This document shows positions 19,642 through 30,178 of a stretch of DNA of 64,000 nt, in pieces (position 1 is the first letter of the stretch; each line of letters starts with the position of its first letter). The DNA comes from Candidatus Bathyarchaeia archaeon. GTDB lineage: Archaea > Thermoproteota > Bathyarchaeia > TCS64. The position numbers and the translations under genes were made by a program. Location of the stretch: NCBI GenBank assembly GCA_050014495.1, contig JBEKDF010000001.1:1-64000 (forward strand). The letters are read 5' to 3'. Below the pieces are notes generated by a model that did no database searches, had not been told where the DNA came from, and worked only from the letters and a program-made list of their open reading frames with translations.

Positions 19642-20709
19642 CTAGGATTTGAGGTAGCCCTTAAGGTACATTATCATGGGTTTATCAAGTGCCTTCTCGA
19701 TGGGTTCGTATATCTCAGGGTACCTGTTACCATCGCCGACTTTGATCTTCTCCTTAGGGACGGTGACGAGATAGATGATGTCTCCTATGCTGAGGCTCGT
19801 GCTTGTGATGGGGTTGCCTTCGACATCGAACGTCGTTATTAGGTCCGGGTAGGTGGAGACTCGCCTCCCCTCGGAATCCAAGGTCATGTACTCGTTGACA
19901 TAGCTCAGCTCCCACTTTTTCTCCCCCTCAATTATCATAGTGCCGACGTCGAAACCCCCCCTTCGCCTCATTTCTCAACTCCAATATCTTTCCCTTGTCC
20001 CTGAGTTCGCCTCCGAGGAACCTAGCAGCAGCCTTCACCGCTGCGTCGCCCTTTTTAGCCTTGAGATAAGTGTGACCTAGGTCGATGGCCTGCTGTATTG
20101 CTCCTGGTGCACCGTGTTCGAGGCACCATTTGACCGGTATAGGGTCCCGAGCCATCGCTATGACGGCCTTGCAGTCCTCTGCCATGAAGCGAATCTGGTT
20201 GCTCGTCCTCTGGAGGCTCCCCCAGCAGACCATCTCTGCTCCCTCGGTGGCACCAGCTTTAACGGATTTGTATTCAACGCGGTGCATACCCATGCTTCCC
20301 ATCATGGAGGTGGGGTGAGCGCGGCCGTCTCCTGGTATGTCAACCACCGGGATGTTGAGTGCAGCCGCGGGTATCCAGCCTCCGAAGCTGTTGTAGCCGC
20401 CGTTCTCCGCGGCTATAACTCCGTCGAACTCTACACCAGCCTCCCGCAGCATTTGGATGGCGCGTATGAAGTGGTGGTACTTCGTCTCTCCCCTCTGCGT
20501 CGGAGCACCGAGGGAAGCGACGATGATGACCCTCCACTCGGGGGCGTCTCCTCTGGGCTCCAGAGCTCGATTCCCCCCAGCTCCATTGCGAGTTTACCAG
20601 CGGCACGCCCTATGTCTGGTCTGCCACCGCCGCCACCTCCGAGAATCGTGCCACCGATCATCAGTGCCTCCACGTCTTCTAGAGTGATCTTCCTGGGCAT
20701 TGCAATCAA
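19642..20709 (-). pseudogene. DUF917 family protein, split by two single-base frameshifts
   Basis: GGTILGGGGGG, ENGG.NS, D..GDGRAHPT..MGSM, GGFDVG, NEYMT, YPDLITT motifs spread over three ORF pieces; shifts at G5 20540-20544 and C7 19955-19961 (could be sequencing errors). Confidence 0.75.
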
Positions 20710-20880
20710 ATGAGTAACACATAGCTATCGATTTAACGGTTCATCATTGCATAGAATCGGGGCGTCCTTGGAACTATGCTAGATTTCGCATTTTATAGGA
20801 GCGGGCATATTATTTATTTTTGGGATTTCTTAATTTACGGCTTTATAAGTATGATTTCACAGAAAACCAGTAGATGAGTC

Positions 20881-21345
20881 ATGGACGATCAGCAAAACTG
20901 GACTTCGCCTGAATGGGCTTACTTAAAGAATCGACCGCTAACGGATGATGCCTACTTCGAGAACCTCACAAGAGCTGTATTCAATGCTGGTCTCAACTGG
21001 AAAACTATCGATGTGAAATGGGGAGTCTTTAAGAGGGCTTTTAAGAACTTTTCAATTGAAGAGGTGGCGAAGTTCACGGAGAAGGATGAGTATAGACTGA
21101 TGGAGGATCCGGGGATAGTGAGAAATAGGGCTAAGATAGCCGCCACCATCTTCAATGCTCGTCAAATGGTGGCAATCAGGAGTGAATTCGGGAGCTTCCA
21201 GGAGTTCTTGGATGGTCTCGACAAGTGCAATAAATACTCTAAGGTTATCGAGGACTTGAGCAGGCGGTTTAAGCATATTGGCAAGTCGACAGCGGAGATC
21301 TTCCTGTGGAGTGTTGGAGAAGATATAGAGCAGTGCGCGCACTGA
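20881..21345 (+). CDS. DNA-3-methyladenine glycosylase I (Tag-like)
   Basis: YFENLTRAVFNAGLNW, F.RAF.NF, IVRNRAKI.ATI.NA, RFKHIG. Confidence 0.85.
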   Translation: MDDQQNWTSPEWAYLKNRPLTDDAYFENLTRAVFNAGLNWKTIDVKWGVFKRAFKNFSIEEVAKFTEKDEYRLMEDPGIVRNRAKIAATIFNARQMVAIRSEFGSFQEFLDGLDKCNKYSKVIEDLSRRFKHIGKSTAEIFLWSVGEDIEQCAH

Positions 21346-21430
21346 TCACAATATCATGGATCATACGAGGCAGTCGGACATCAGGCGTTCGACATAAGAG
21401 TTAAAATGATATTTTTGGTATTAGAAATAG

Positions 21431-21868
21431 ATGCAGCGAGGAAAATTTGCTCCTGAACTAGTGGCACCGTGTGGGATGAATTGTGGAATTTGTAAGCGGT
21501 ACCTAGCATACTCAAGAGGCATCCCCAAGGAAAGGGGCAAAGTAATTCATTGTCAAGGTTGTCTTCCAAGCGATAAAAACTGCTACATTAAAAGAGGATG
21601 CAAAAAAATTTCGAATAATGAAATCAGATTCTGCTTCGAATGTGATAAGATGCCATGTAGAAATTTGACTCATATTGATAAGAGGTATCGGGAGAAATAT
21701 GAAATGAGTATGATTGAAAATCAAAAAGAGATTGAGGGTAAGGGGATTAAAGAATTTCTAGATAACCAAGAAAGTAGATACAAGTGTTCAAGATGCGGGG
21801 ACGTCGTTTCCGTTCATGACGGAAAATGCTACAAGTGTGGACAAAATTCACATGTTCGAAAGACATAA
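21431..21868 (+). CDS. DUF3795 family Cys-rich protein
   Basis: APCGMNCGIC, CQGC, FCFECDKMPC, C-terminal CSRCG...CYKC; AT-rich relative to neighbours. Confidence 0.75.
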   Translation: MQRGKFAPELVAPCGMNCGICKRYLAYSRGIPKERGKVIHCQGCLPSDKNCYIKRGCKKISNNEIRFCFECDKMPCRNLTHIDKRYREKYEMSMIENQKEIEGKGIKEFLDNQESRYKCSRCGDVVSVHDGKCYKCGQNSHVRKT

Positions 21869-21967
21869 CCACAAATTCACTTTGGAATGCGCGCGCGCAC
21901 AACCTCGAAATTCAAATGCCATCTTGTAACAATATCGCTTATTAGAAACCAGAAACTGCTTCTGGAT

Positions 21968-22375
21968 ATGGAGTTTGATACAAAAATCGTCGTGATACTA
22001 AGAGATGACCTCGCATTGTGGCAGAAGCTGAACGTCACTGCTTTCACTATCAGCGGGATCGCTGGCACCGAGCAGATTGTGGGTGAGAACTATGTGGACG
22101 CTTCAGGTAATGTCTACCTCCCCATGAGCAGGCAGCCCATACTTATCTTCGGCGCTAACAGGCAGAAGATGAGGGAGGTCTACGGTCGGGCTATGAAGAG
22201 AGGTATGAAATTCAGCATCTACACGGAGGAGCTCTTCAAGACTTATAACGATGAGGATAACCGCGCCGAGGTCGCGAAGGTGAGGGGCGAGGATCTGAAT
22301 CTCGTTGGGATGGCTATTAGGAATACGAAGAGGCAGATAGACACGGTTGTGAAGGGGCTAACTCTTCATCCGTAG
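21968..22375 (+). CDS. DUF2000 family protein (PTH2-like fold)
   Basis: DTKIVVILRDDLALWQKLNVTAF..SGI, Y.DASG, FKT.ND.DNRA. Confidence 0.75.
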   Translation: MEFDTKIVVILRDDLALWQKLNVTAFTISGIAGTEQIVGENYVDASGNVYLPMSRQPILIFGANRQKMREVYGRAMKRGMKFSIYTEELFKTYNDEDNRAEVAKVRGEDLNLVGMAIRNTKRQIDTVVKGLTLHP

Positions 22376-22451
22376 AGGCACTCGTGTGCGTGAAGTGTAT
22401 ATCAGCAGCCCATTTTATATCACTGGATGGCAAAAAATTAATGATTCAAAC

Positions 22452-23630
22452 ATGAATTTTTTTGATGATACGCCTTCACCCGACCTGATCAAGAAATATG
22501 CACCTGCGAAGTGGGCAGCCCTATCAGAAGGGGTGATTCCTCTTTTCGCTGCAGATCCTGACTTCCAATCTGCCCCAGAGATACGAGAGGCTATCGCCTC
22601 CGCGGGTAGCGATGGCGTCTTCAGCTATGGTGAATCGTATGGGAACAGAGCCCTCCTAGAAGTCATCTCTAACACGGTGAGAAGCAGGAAAAGGATACCG
22701 TGTAGGCCAGATGACATTATGGTCACGAGTGGGGTAGCTCAGGCGATGATGCTTGTCGCTCGCTACGCTTGTAATCCGGGGGATGAGGCGATCATATTTG
22801 ATCCCGTTGACTTCTTATTCGGACGCGCAGTTGACGAGGCCGGGGCTAAGCGACTCATCAGCCCCATCGACAAGGAGAGCAGAGAACTAGACTTCGAAGG
22901 CCTCCAGAGATTAGTTACACCGAAAACGAGACTCCTCTGCGTCTGCAATCCTCATAACCCACTTGGGCGAGTGTTTCGACGCGATGAGCTTGTAGACATC
23001 GCCGAATTCGCGGTCAACAACAACCTGACCGTGATGTGTGATGAGATATGGAGTGACATAATCTACGATGGGCGAGAATTCATCAGTCTCGCGAGCATAA
23101 ACTCGGAGATCGCGGGGAGAACGATCACCCTCCATGGCTTCTCAAAGACCTTTGGCCTCGCGGGGCTTAACCTAGGCTACGCGGTAGCTACAAACCCGGA
23201 GGTCATGAAAGGGCTGAAACTAGTAGCTCCGGGCTACTTCTATGTCGTTAATAGCGTCTCTCAGATCGCGGGGATTGCGGCGTACACCAAGGCATGGTAC
23301 TGGGCAGACGCGTTCCTCACACACCTGCAGGGCATTCGGGATTATGCATATGATAGGCTCATTGAGATGCAGGATGTGAGTTGCCAGAAACCGGAAGGAA
23401 CGTATGTACTGTTCCCAGATATATCATCCTTCGGGATGACGAGCGAGGAGATGACATCGTATCTCCGGAGAGAGGCAAGAGTCGGGGTTGTCCCTGGGCA
23501 CGGGAAGGATTTTAGTTATTTCGGACCTGGTGCGGAGGGTAATATTAGAATAGTCTTCTCAACCACCAAGGCTAACATCGTTGAGGCTATGGATCGTATC
23601 GAAAAAGGTCTAAGGAAATTACAGATGTAA
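22452..23630 (+). CDS. Class I/II PLP aminotransferase (MalY/PatB-like)
   Basis: ADPDF, CNPHNPLG, DEIWSD, FSKTFGLAG, PEGTY. Confidence 0.85.
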   Translation: MNFFDDTPSPDLIKKYAPAKWAALSEGVIPLFAADPDFQSAPEIREAIASAGSDGVFSYGESYGNRALLEVISNTVRSRKRIPCRPDDIMVTSGVAQAMMLVARYACNPGDEAIIFDPVDFLFGRAVDEAGAKRLISPIDKESRELDFEGLQRLVTPKTRLLCVCNPHNPLGRVFRRDELVDIAEFAVNNNLTVMCDEIWSDIIYDGREFISLASINSEIAGRTITLHGFSKTFGLAGLNLGYAVATNPEVMKGLKLVAPGYFYVVNSVSQIAGIAAYTKAWYWADAFLTHLQGIRDYAYDRLIEMQDVSCQKPEGTYVLFPDISSFGMTSEEMTSYLRREARVGVVPGHGKDFSYFGPGAEGNIRIVFSTTKANIVEAMDRIEKGLRKLQM

Positions 23631-23765
23631 GTAAATCGCGCGGGCTCGATGGTGGCACGAGTATGATATCATTAGAGTGTACAGAAGTATGAATATGCGT
23701 GGACGGTATCATAATGGTGATGAAAGAAATACACTTATGGACAAGTTTTCTTGTGGTGGAAACAT

Positions 23766-24659
23766 ATGACTGACTTTTCAAGAGAGCCCATCGTATCGGT
23801 GAGTAAATCTAATGGATATTATGAGGGTAGCCGGAAAGCCCTGAAACCCCTTGAAGACAATATAGCTGAAAGTATTAAGGGGAAAAAGAAGGTCCTCGTG
23901 AAACCTAACTTTGTTTCAACCACTGTTCAGTTGGCGGCAACCCACGTCGAATCGGTTAGGGCGGTGTTAGACGTATTATCTCAATTTTACGATGGTGAGA
24001 TAATACTTGGAGAAGGCCCTTCGGGTAAGAGACTGGGGGAAGCCATCACAAACTTTGGCTACGACTCTCTAATTGAAGAGTATCAATTAAAAACCGTGGA
24101 TCTGAACGAAGACAAATTCGTTGAGCTTGAGGGAGTGGACAGTAATCTAAAACCAATCAAATTCCATGTCTCAAAGACTTTACTGGATAGCGACTACCTC
24201 GTCTCAGTGGCGAAGCCTAAGACCCACGATACTGTGATAGCGACCCTCTCTATCAAGAACGTGGTTGTTGGCTCGCTGGTCTCACTATCTGAGAAAGAAA
24301 AGATCCATCAGGGGACAAGAGCAATCAATGAAAACATCGCTATTCTCGGTAAGCATTGTATGCCCGACCTCGCCTTGATAGATGGATTTGTAGGCATGGA
24401 GGGGGCTGGACCAGTCGACGGAGACCCTGTCGAACTTGGCGTTTCATCAGCGAGTTTACACCCGGTATCTCTCGACGCTGTGATGGCGAAGATAATGGGT
24501 TTCGAGCCGCTTGAAATCGGGTATTTACATCATCTAAACTACTGGGGAGTTGGTGTAGCAGACTTGAATAAGATAACTGTTGTAGGAGAACCAATCGAAA
24601 ACGTTTGCCGGAAATTTAGGCCTCACCCAACCTATCTAGATCAACTAAAATGGAGATGA
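23766..24659 (+). CDS. DUF362 domain protein
   Basis: VLVKPNFV, ATH, KPKTH..V.ATLSIKN, IDGFVGMEG.GP..G, DAV.AKIMG. Confidence 0.85.
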   Translation: MTDFSREPIVSVSKSNGYYEGSRKALKPLEDNIAESIKGKKKVLVKPNFVSTTVQLAATHVESVRAVLDVLSQFYDGEIILGEGPSGKRLGEAITNFGYDSLIEEYQLKTVDLNEDKFVELEGVDSNLKPIKFHVSKTLLDSDYLVSVAKPKTHDTVIATLSIKNVVVGSLVSLSEKEKIHQGTRAINENIAILGKHCMPDLALIDGFVGMEGAGPVDGDPVELGVSSASLHPVSLDAVMAKIMGFEPLEIGYLHHLNYWGVGVADLNKITVVGEPIENVCRKFRPHPTYLDQLKWR

Positions 24660-24928
24660 ATAACCACTCAACAAACCGTGGAGATGATGGGTTTATACGT
24701 CAATGATATTGACTTTCTAAAATTTTCTTCAAGGCGCATGTAACGATTGACCTTCACCTGTACCTGTTTACCGGAAAACGGATGGGTCTTCGTCTTCGCT
24801 AACCGTTCGTGTACATTGATTACGAAGTGTTTCGTCCGCGCGAGGCCTCGAGAAATAATGAGCGTGTATATAGATATACGTGGTCGCCGTATTTGATCTC
24901 TAATTACCTGTATTCTGGTTCAAGGTGG

Positions 24929-25804
24929 ATGAAGATGGGGAAAGGATACGGCTGTCAGAGTATGGTTACAAGCCTTAGGAGGGTGCTGGTGAAGCGCCCC
25001 GACGAACACTTCGCGGTCGAGGACTACAAGAAATGGCACTATCTAGATAAACTGAACCTCGGAGAGGCAAGACGCGAGCACGATGCATTCGTTGAGATCC
25101 TGAAGGGAGCGGGTGCTGAGGTTCTGTACCACCCTGAGGTTCAGCCTGACCACGCTGACTCAATCTTCACCTATGATCCGGCTATCGTGACTGAGGAGGG
25201 TACTGTGATCCTCAGGATGGGTAAGCAGCTGAGGAAGGGTGAGGAGGCCTCGATGAAGCGTCGCTTGGAGCAGCTAGGCATTCCCATTCACTACTGTGTA
25301 TCGGGTGAAGCGACGGTGGAGGGTGGTGATCTCCTATGGCTTAACGAGGGTAACCTGGCGGTGGGGCAAGGCTTTAGGACCAACGCTGATGGACTACGAC
25401 AGATGAGGGAGGCTATGAAGCCCCTCGGCGTCGAGGTTACACCCGTTGAGCTCCCCTACTTCGGGGGACCTGAGGCTTGTCTCCATTTAATGTCCTTGAT
25501 AAGCTTCGTGAAGAGCGACCTTGCGGTTGTCTACTTTCCTTTGCTACCAGTTCCCTTCTGGAGGCTGCTCAGGGGGATGGGTGTCACGATGCTCAGTGTG
25601 CCCGAGGCGGAGTTTAACACGATGGGCACAAATGTTCTCGCGCTTGCTCCGGGTAAGGCTCTCATCACTGAGGGAAACCCGTTGACTGAGAAGCTTCTAA
25701 GAGATGCAGGCTGCGATGTGACTAGTTACAGGGGAGTTGAGATCTCGTTGAAGACGGAGGGTGGGCCAACGTGTCTCACCCGCCCGATTCTCCGTTCAGA
25801 GTGA
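24929..25804 (+). CDS. Amidinotransferase/arginine deiminase/DDAH superfamily enzyme
   Basis: LRRVLV.RP, IFTYD, R.GE, EGGD, LHLMS, C-terminal EGGPTCLTRP with the catalytic Cys. Confidence 0.85.
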   Translation: MKMGKGYGCQSMVTSLRRVLVKRPDEHFAVEDYKKWHYLDKLNLGEARREHDAFVEILKGAGAEVLYHPEVQPDHADSIFTYDPAIVTEEGTVILRMGKQLRKGEEASMKRRLEQLGIPIHYCVSGEATVEGGDLLWLNEGNLAVGQGFRTNADGLRQMREAMKPLGVEVTPVELPYFGGPEACLHLMSLISFVKSDLAVVYFPLLPVPFWRLLRGMGVTMLSVPEAEFNTMGTNVLALAPGKALITEGNPLTEKLLRDAGCDVTSYRGVEISLKTEGGPTCLTRPILRSE

Positions 25805-25809
25805 TTGCA

Positions 25810-27063
25810 ATGAATAGCGTTGAGGAGAGGGTTCTTGGTTCTATAGACATCGATGGCCTCGTCAAAAGCGTCTGTGACCTCATCGAGATGCCTAGTGTTA
25901 CTGGGGAGGAGAGCGCTGCCCAGCGCCTCGTCGCCTCTATGATGAGGAATGTGGGGTTAGGTGTGGATGTCTGGGAGATCGACTTGGAATCCCTCAGAAA
26001 GAATCCCCACTTCAGTATGGGGGTTGACAGGAAGGAGGGGCTCGGCGTCGTGGGTACAATGGGGGGAAGCGGCGGTAGGAGCCTCATACTGAATGGGCAC
26101 ATCGATGTGGTTTCGCCAGGGGATGAGTCGAACTGGAGATACCCACCCTGGAGGGGCACGGTTGAGGGCGGGAGGCTATTTGGCCGTGGGACGGTCGATA
26201 TGAAGGGTGGTTTGTGCTGTGCGCTCCACGCTGTTAAGGCGGTGAGGGACGCGGGTGTCGAGTTGGATGGGCGCCTATTTGTGGAGAGCGTCGTGGGTGA
26301 AGAGGATGGGGGTGTCGGCACACTCGCCGCGGTTATCCGAGGCTACAAAGCGGATGGTGCCATCGTTATGGAGCCAACTGAGTTAAAGGTGGCTCCGGCG
26401 CAGGCAGGTTCGCACTGCTTTCGGATTAGGATTAAGGGTCTGTCGGCTCACGCGTGTGTGAGGGATGAGGGTGTGAGCGCCCTCGACAAGTTTATGCCCA
26501 TCTATCACACGTTGATGAATCTCGAGGCTAAGAGGAACTCTATGGTGAGGGACCCCCTCTTTTCTCGCTTTAAGTTACCTATCCCACTTAACATAGGTGT
26601 AGTCAAGTGTGGTAATTGGCCCTCCTCGGTTCCTGAGGAGCTTGTCTTCGAGGGAAGGTACGGGATAGGTGTCGACGAGGATGTTGGTGAAGCCCACAGG
26701 TTATTCGAGGACGCCGTGTCTGAGGCCGCAGGTTTGGATGATTGGTTGAGGGTTCACCCGCCGGAGATCGAGTGGGTGGGTGGACAGTTCAACCCCGCGA
26801 GAACCCCGAGTGACAGCGTAGTATCGACGACGGTGGCGAAGGCGTACGAGGACGCGACTGGTTCATTAGCAAGGATTGAGGGAGTCACATACGGTTCGGA
26901 TGCGCGTCACCTTGTAAATGTGGGTAACATTCCCACCGTCCTCTTTGGTCCCGGGGACGTGAGGCTCTGCCACAGACCGGATGAGAGTGTTCCAGTGGAT
27001 GATTTAGTCAAGGCGACAAGAGCCCTAGCCTTGACGATTACTCGTTTTTGTGGTATACACTAG
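25810..27063 (+). CDS. ArgE/DapE family M20 deacylase
   Basis: LNGHIDVV, GRG.VDMKGG, VVGEE, EPT, YGSDARH, FGPG...CH.PDE; coupled to the upstream gene. Confidence 0.9.
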   Translation: MNSVEERVLGSIDIDGLVKSVCDLIEMPSVTGEESAAQRLVASMMRNVGLGVDVWEIDLESLRKNPHFSMGVDRKEGLGVVGTMGGSGGRSLILNGHIDVVSPGDESNWRYPPWRGTVEGGRLFGRGTVDMKGGLCCALHAVKAVRDAGVELDGRLFVESVVGEEDGGVGTLAAVIRGYKADGAIVMEPTELKVAPAQAGSHCFRIRIKGLSAHACVRDEGVSALDKFMPIYHTLMNLEAKRNSMVRDPLFSRFKLPIPLNIGVVKCGNWPSSVPEELVFEGRYGIGVDEDVGEAHRLFEDAVSEAAGLDDWLRVHPPEIEWVGGQFNPARTPSDSVVSTTVAKAYEDATGSLARIEGVTYGSDARHLVNVGNIPTVLFGPGDVRLCHRPDESVPVDDLVKATRALALTITRFCGIH

Positions 27064-27260
27064 TTACTATAAAAGTCGCCAAAGTGTTCTAATTCCTGAT
27101 GCGCGCGCGTGTTAAACTCCGTACAGGAAACCGCGCGTTTTATCCTATCAGAGTACTTCAGAAAAAACCCGTAGAGACGATTAAATTCGCGACAGGGGCT
27201 TGACAATAAATTATCCGCCGCGCGAATACGGCGGCCTTTAGCACGTGTTAAATTCGTTTT

Positions 27261-28421
27261 TTAATAGACTAGGGTGATCTCGATTGTTTTTCCGTTTCTT
27301 AGTACGTTGAACTTGATCTTTGTGCCATGTATGTGGTATTGGCTGAGGTAGTGCTTCAGTTCCTCTGTGTTGTTGAGGGGTATGTCCTCGATGCTGTTGA
27401 TGACGTCTCCGCCGAGCATGCCCTCTATACCATCAAACACTCTGGGGATGGTACCAGCTCTTAGCCCTGCTTTCTCGGCGATGGAGTTCGGGAATACACC
27501 GATTACAAGTACTCCTCGTGTCTCTTTCTCCAGACCCATGTCGGTAGCTATTCTGTCGGTTAGTGTAAACCCTATTATACCAATAGGTTCGGGTGCAGGT
27601 TTGTTTATCGGAGCCCCTTCCTTCTCTACGCGCGTGAGTTGTTTTGCCATCCCGCTTTCTGCCTCTTGGATAGGCTTAGTTTCCGGTCTGTTCCCCGATT
27701 TACTCAAGTCTTCTAGGGGAAGAGCCAACGGGTATACCTTGTAATCATAAGTTACGAGCGCGTTGGTGTAACGGTTAATAATAGTCGGGAGGAGGGTTTT
27801 GATTAAGTTCTGAAATGCTATGCTAGCCTTCTCTCTACTCCTCGCTAACTTCTCATTGGCGGCATCGAGCTCCCTCATCGAATTAAGGTAAGGGTCGTTG
27901 GCGAACCTAGTGTATGTCTCACCCTTCAGCGGATCCCATCCGAGGGCTGGCAGCAGCTCTCCTCTTAGCCCCGAGATCCAGTGAAGGATTAGGGTTGGGT
28001 TAACCCCCAATATCGTGTCCAGCCTTCCCTGTAGTATCTCTTCGCGTAGCCGGGCGACCCTCAACCCGAACTCGCCGTAGTATGTGTATCTCTCGACCCC
28101 GCTGTCAATATTGTTCACCCAGCCATCTCCCAGTGGGTCGAGACCCACTCGTATGTTTGTGTCAGGCTCCACGCTTAGGTTGGATGCACCCATGGCGTTG
28201 GTTCGTGAATGCACGAGGTATATGCCTTGGAGGACAGGGATTAGGGCCTGTCTTCTGTAGGATTCGTCAACACTCTGCACGATCTTATCTATGGCATCTA
28301 CGGTTGCCTCCCTCCTGCTGGTGTTCGACCTATACTCCACGGCCTTGTCCAGCCCCTCGACGACGCTGCAGTTACCGAGCAGCGCCCCAAGATCCTGGAT
28401 GAGGGCAGCGGCGTCGATCAT
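27261..28421 (-). CDS. Hypothetical protein with C-terminal HtrA-like PDZ domain
   Basis: GVLVIGV.PNS.AEKAGLRAG...GGDVI...VLRNGK PDZ pattern; N-terminal ~260 aa unrecognised. Confidence 0.65.
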   Translation of the reverse strand: MIDAAALIQDLGALLGNCSVVEGLDKAVEYRSNTSRREATVDAIDKIVQSVDESYRRQALIPVLQGIYLVHSRTNAMGASNLSVEPDTNIRVGLDPLGDGWVNNIDSGVERYTYYGEFGLRVARLREEILQGRLDTILGVNPTLILHWISGLRGELLPALGWDPLKGETYTRFANDPYLNSMRELDAANEKLARSREKASIAFQNLIKTLLPTIINRYTNALVTYDYKVYPLALPLEDLSKSGNRPETKPIQEAESGMAKQLTRVEKEGAPINKPAPEPIGIIGFTLTDRIATDMGLEKETRGVLVIGVFPNSIAEKAGLRAGTIPRVFDGIEGMLGGDVINSIEDIPLNNTEELKHYLSQYHIHGTKIKFNVLRNGKTIEITLVY

Positions 28422-29710
28422 TTACGCCCCCCTGAGGTAGTTGTTCAGATTGGTGACCGTGTAATCGATGTTGCTCCCGCAGCTGAGATGAGCTTCCTGT
28501 TTTGATCAGGTGACGCCTCAGCGCACATCATGAACCCGGTCAGGAAGGAGACTCCTATTCGGGCTAAGGCGGGCCCGGGGATCCTGGCGCCCTGGGGGTC
28601 AGTCACTATGCTGGCTATGTCCTGGAGGTACTTGCTGTTCCTGTACTTTTCCGCGATCTCGCCCAGAAGCTGGTTGGCCTCGGCGTTCTGGTTGAGCAGG
28701 GACGCATTTTCCGCCTGCAGCTTCTTCACCCCGGCGTCCCAGGAGTTGAACTCCACCTTCTTGCCCTCGACGCCCACATTTATCTCCTTGATGTCGTTGT
28801 ACATGTTCACCACCCCGATAACGCCTGGGGCTGAGCCGTACTTCTCAGCCGCTTTCAACAGCTCGTTGCAGGCATTCAAATCAAAGCCATGCCTCATGAG
28901 GGTCTTGGCGACATCCACAGTGCCCCTATAGGAAACCGTCTCGTTGACCAAGTTGCCGAGCTCAGCCTTCTGTGAGACTATTTTCGCAGCGTAATCGTCG
29001 CTCTCCTTCTTCTGAGCCATCGCCTCAGCCATTATCGACCCGAGGCTTTCGGTAGCCGCTATCATCTTCAGCACGCCTTCACCGTCGCCGTGCCTATTCG
29101 CGGCTTCGTAGATCTCCTCCTCGACCTCAATCTTCAAGCCTTTACCGTCGAGGCTCCTCCTCAGCTCGTTCGTCTTTAGGATGCCTTTAGCAGTCAGACC
29201 AGTGTCAGCCAGCTCCTTACTCAGCTGCTGGAATGCCTCGAGGTTCACATCCAGCTTCTGAAGGTTAGTTACGAACGCTGTACACTGAGCGAAGGTCATG
29301 GGCACACCATCTAGGCACTTCTTTGCATCCGCGTATCCGACGAGATCCGAGACCTTGTGACCGCCCTCCACGAACGCCCTAAGCTCACCCATCAACTCAT
29401 CTCTCCCAGACGTATCACTCACCTCCACCCCCCGAGTCCACCTCTTGACACTCCCACTAGGTAGCCCACCCTCGGTGAAATCCTCAAGCCACTGGTTCGT
29501 ATACCCAACCCCGCGGAGCAATCGGCAGAGCTCCTCAACATGTCCCCTCTCAGCCTCGGATCGTTTTTTGGTTCTGGAAAGTTGGAGCAGTTCACCAAGC
29601 CAACCACTCACCTCGTCAGCACTCAAACTGGATCGCCTCAGAAGCCCATGGGCCCAAATATACGTCATCATGAACCGAATCAGGTTCACCCAGGCTAAGA
29701 CCAGGAGCAA
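28422..29710 (-). CDS. Coiled-coil hypothetical protein with possible N-terminal HTH, MGE-like; C-terminus probably frameshifted
   Basis: ORF 28445-29710; one extra G at 28476-28478 would extend it to a TAA at 28422-28424 abutting the next ATG; start uncertain. Confidence 0.5.
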
Positions 29711-30178
29711 AACGGTAGACGCCGGACCGCTTCCTGTAATTATTCAGCTTGTTCTGGTTCACATCCACGTCCATTAGGCGGTGATGCTCGTCCACATAGT
29801 AAGGCCCTCTACGCCCATATCTTGGCGGGTTTTTCACGGTTTTTTGGAGGCAAACGATCCAAGGATGCTCCCCTTTTGCTCCCCAAGGTGAACCAGAAGC
29901 GAACCAGGGACCCCCCTGAATGTTCCCTGTGATCCGACGATGAACCAAAGGCAATCCCTCGCTGAACCGGAGTGCCCCAGAGCTGGTCCCTCTCCCCACC
30001 AAATAGATACCTTGCCCTTGTTGAGTCATACAAGCATTCGAAAAATCCCTTTCATGAGATCCATATATCAACAACGACCCAAATGAGGCAACTAAGCCAC
30101 AAACTGCTCTAAATGAAACACATTGCCCAACTGCATCGAGTGCGTGCGTGAAAAAACTCGAGCAGCGACTCTAAGGAG

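Noticed and set aside
29616..30074. 152-aa ORF on the minus strand
   Set aside because: Atypical composition, overlaps the repeat-rich region and the next gene's start; probably non-coding
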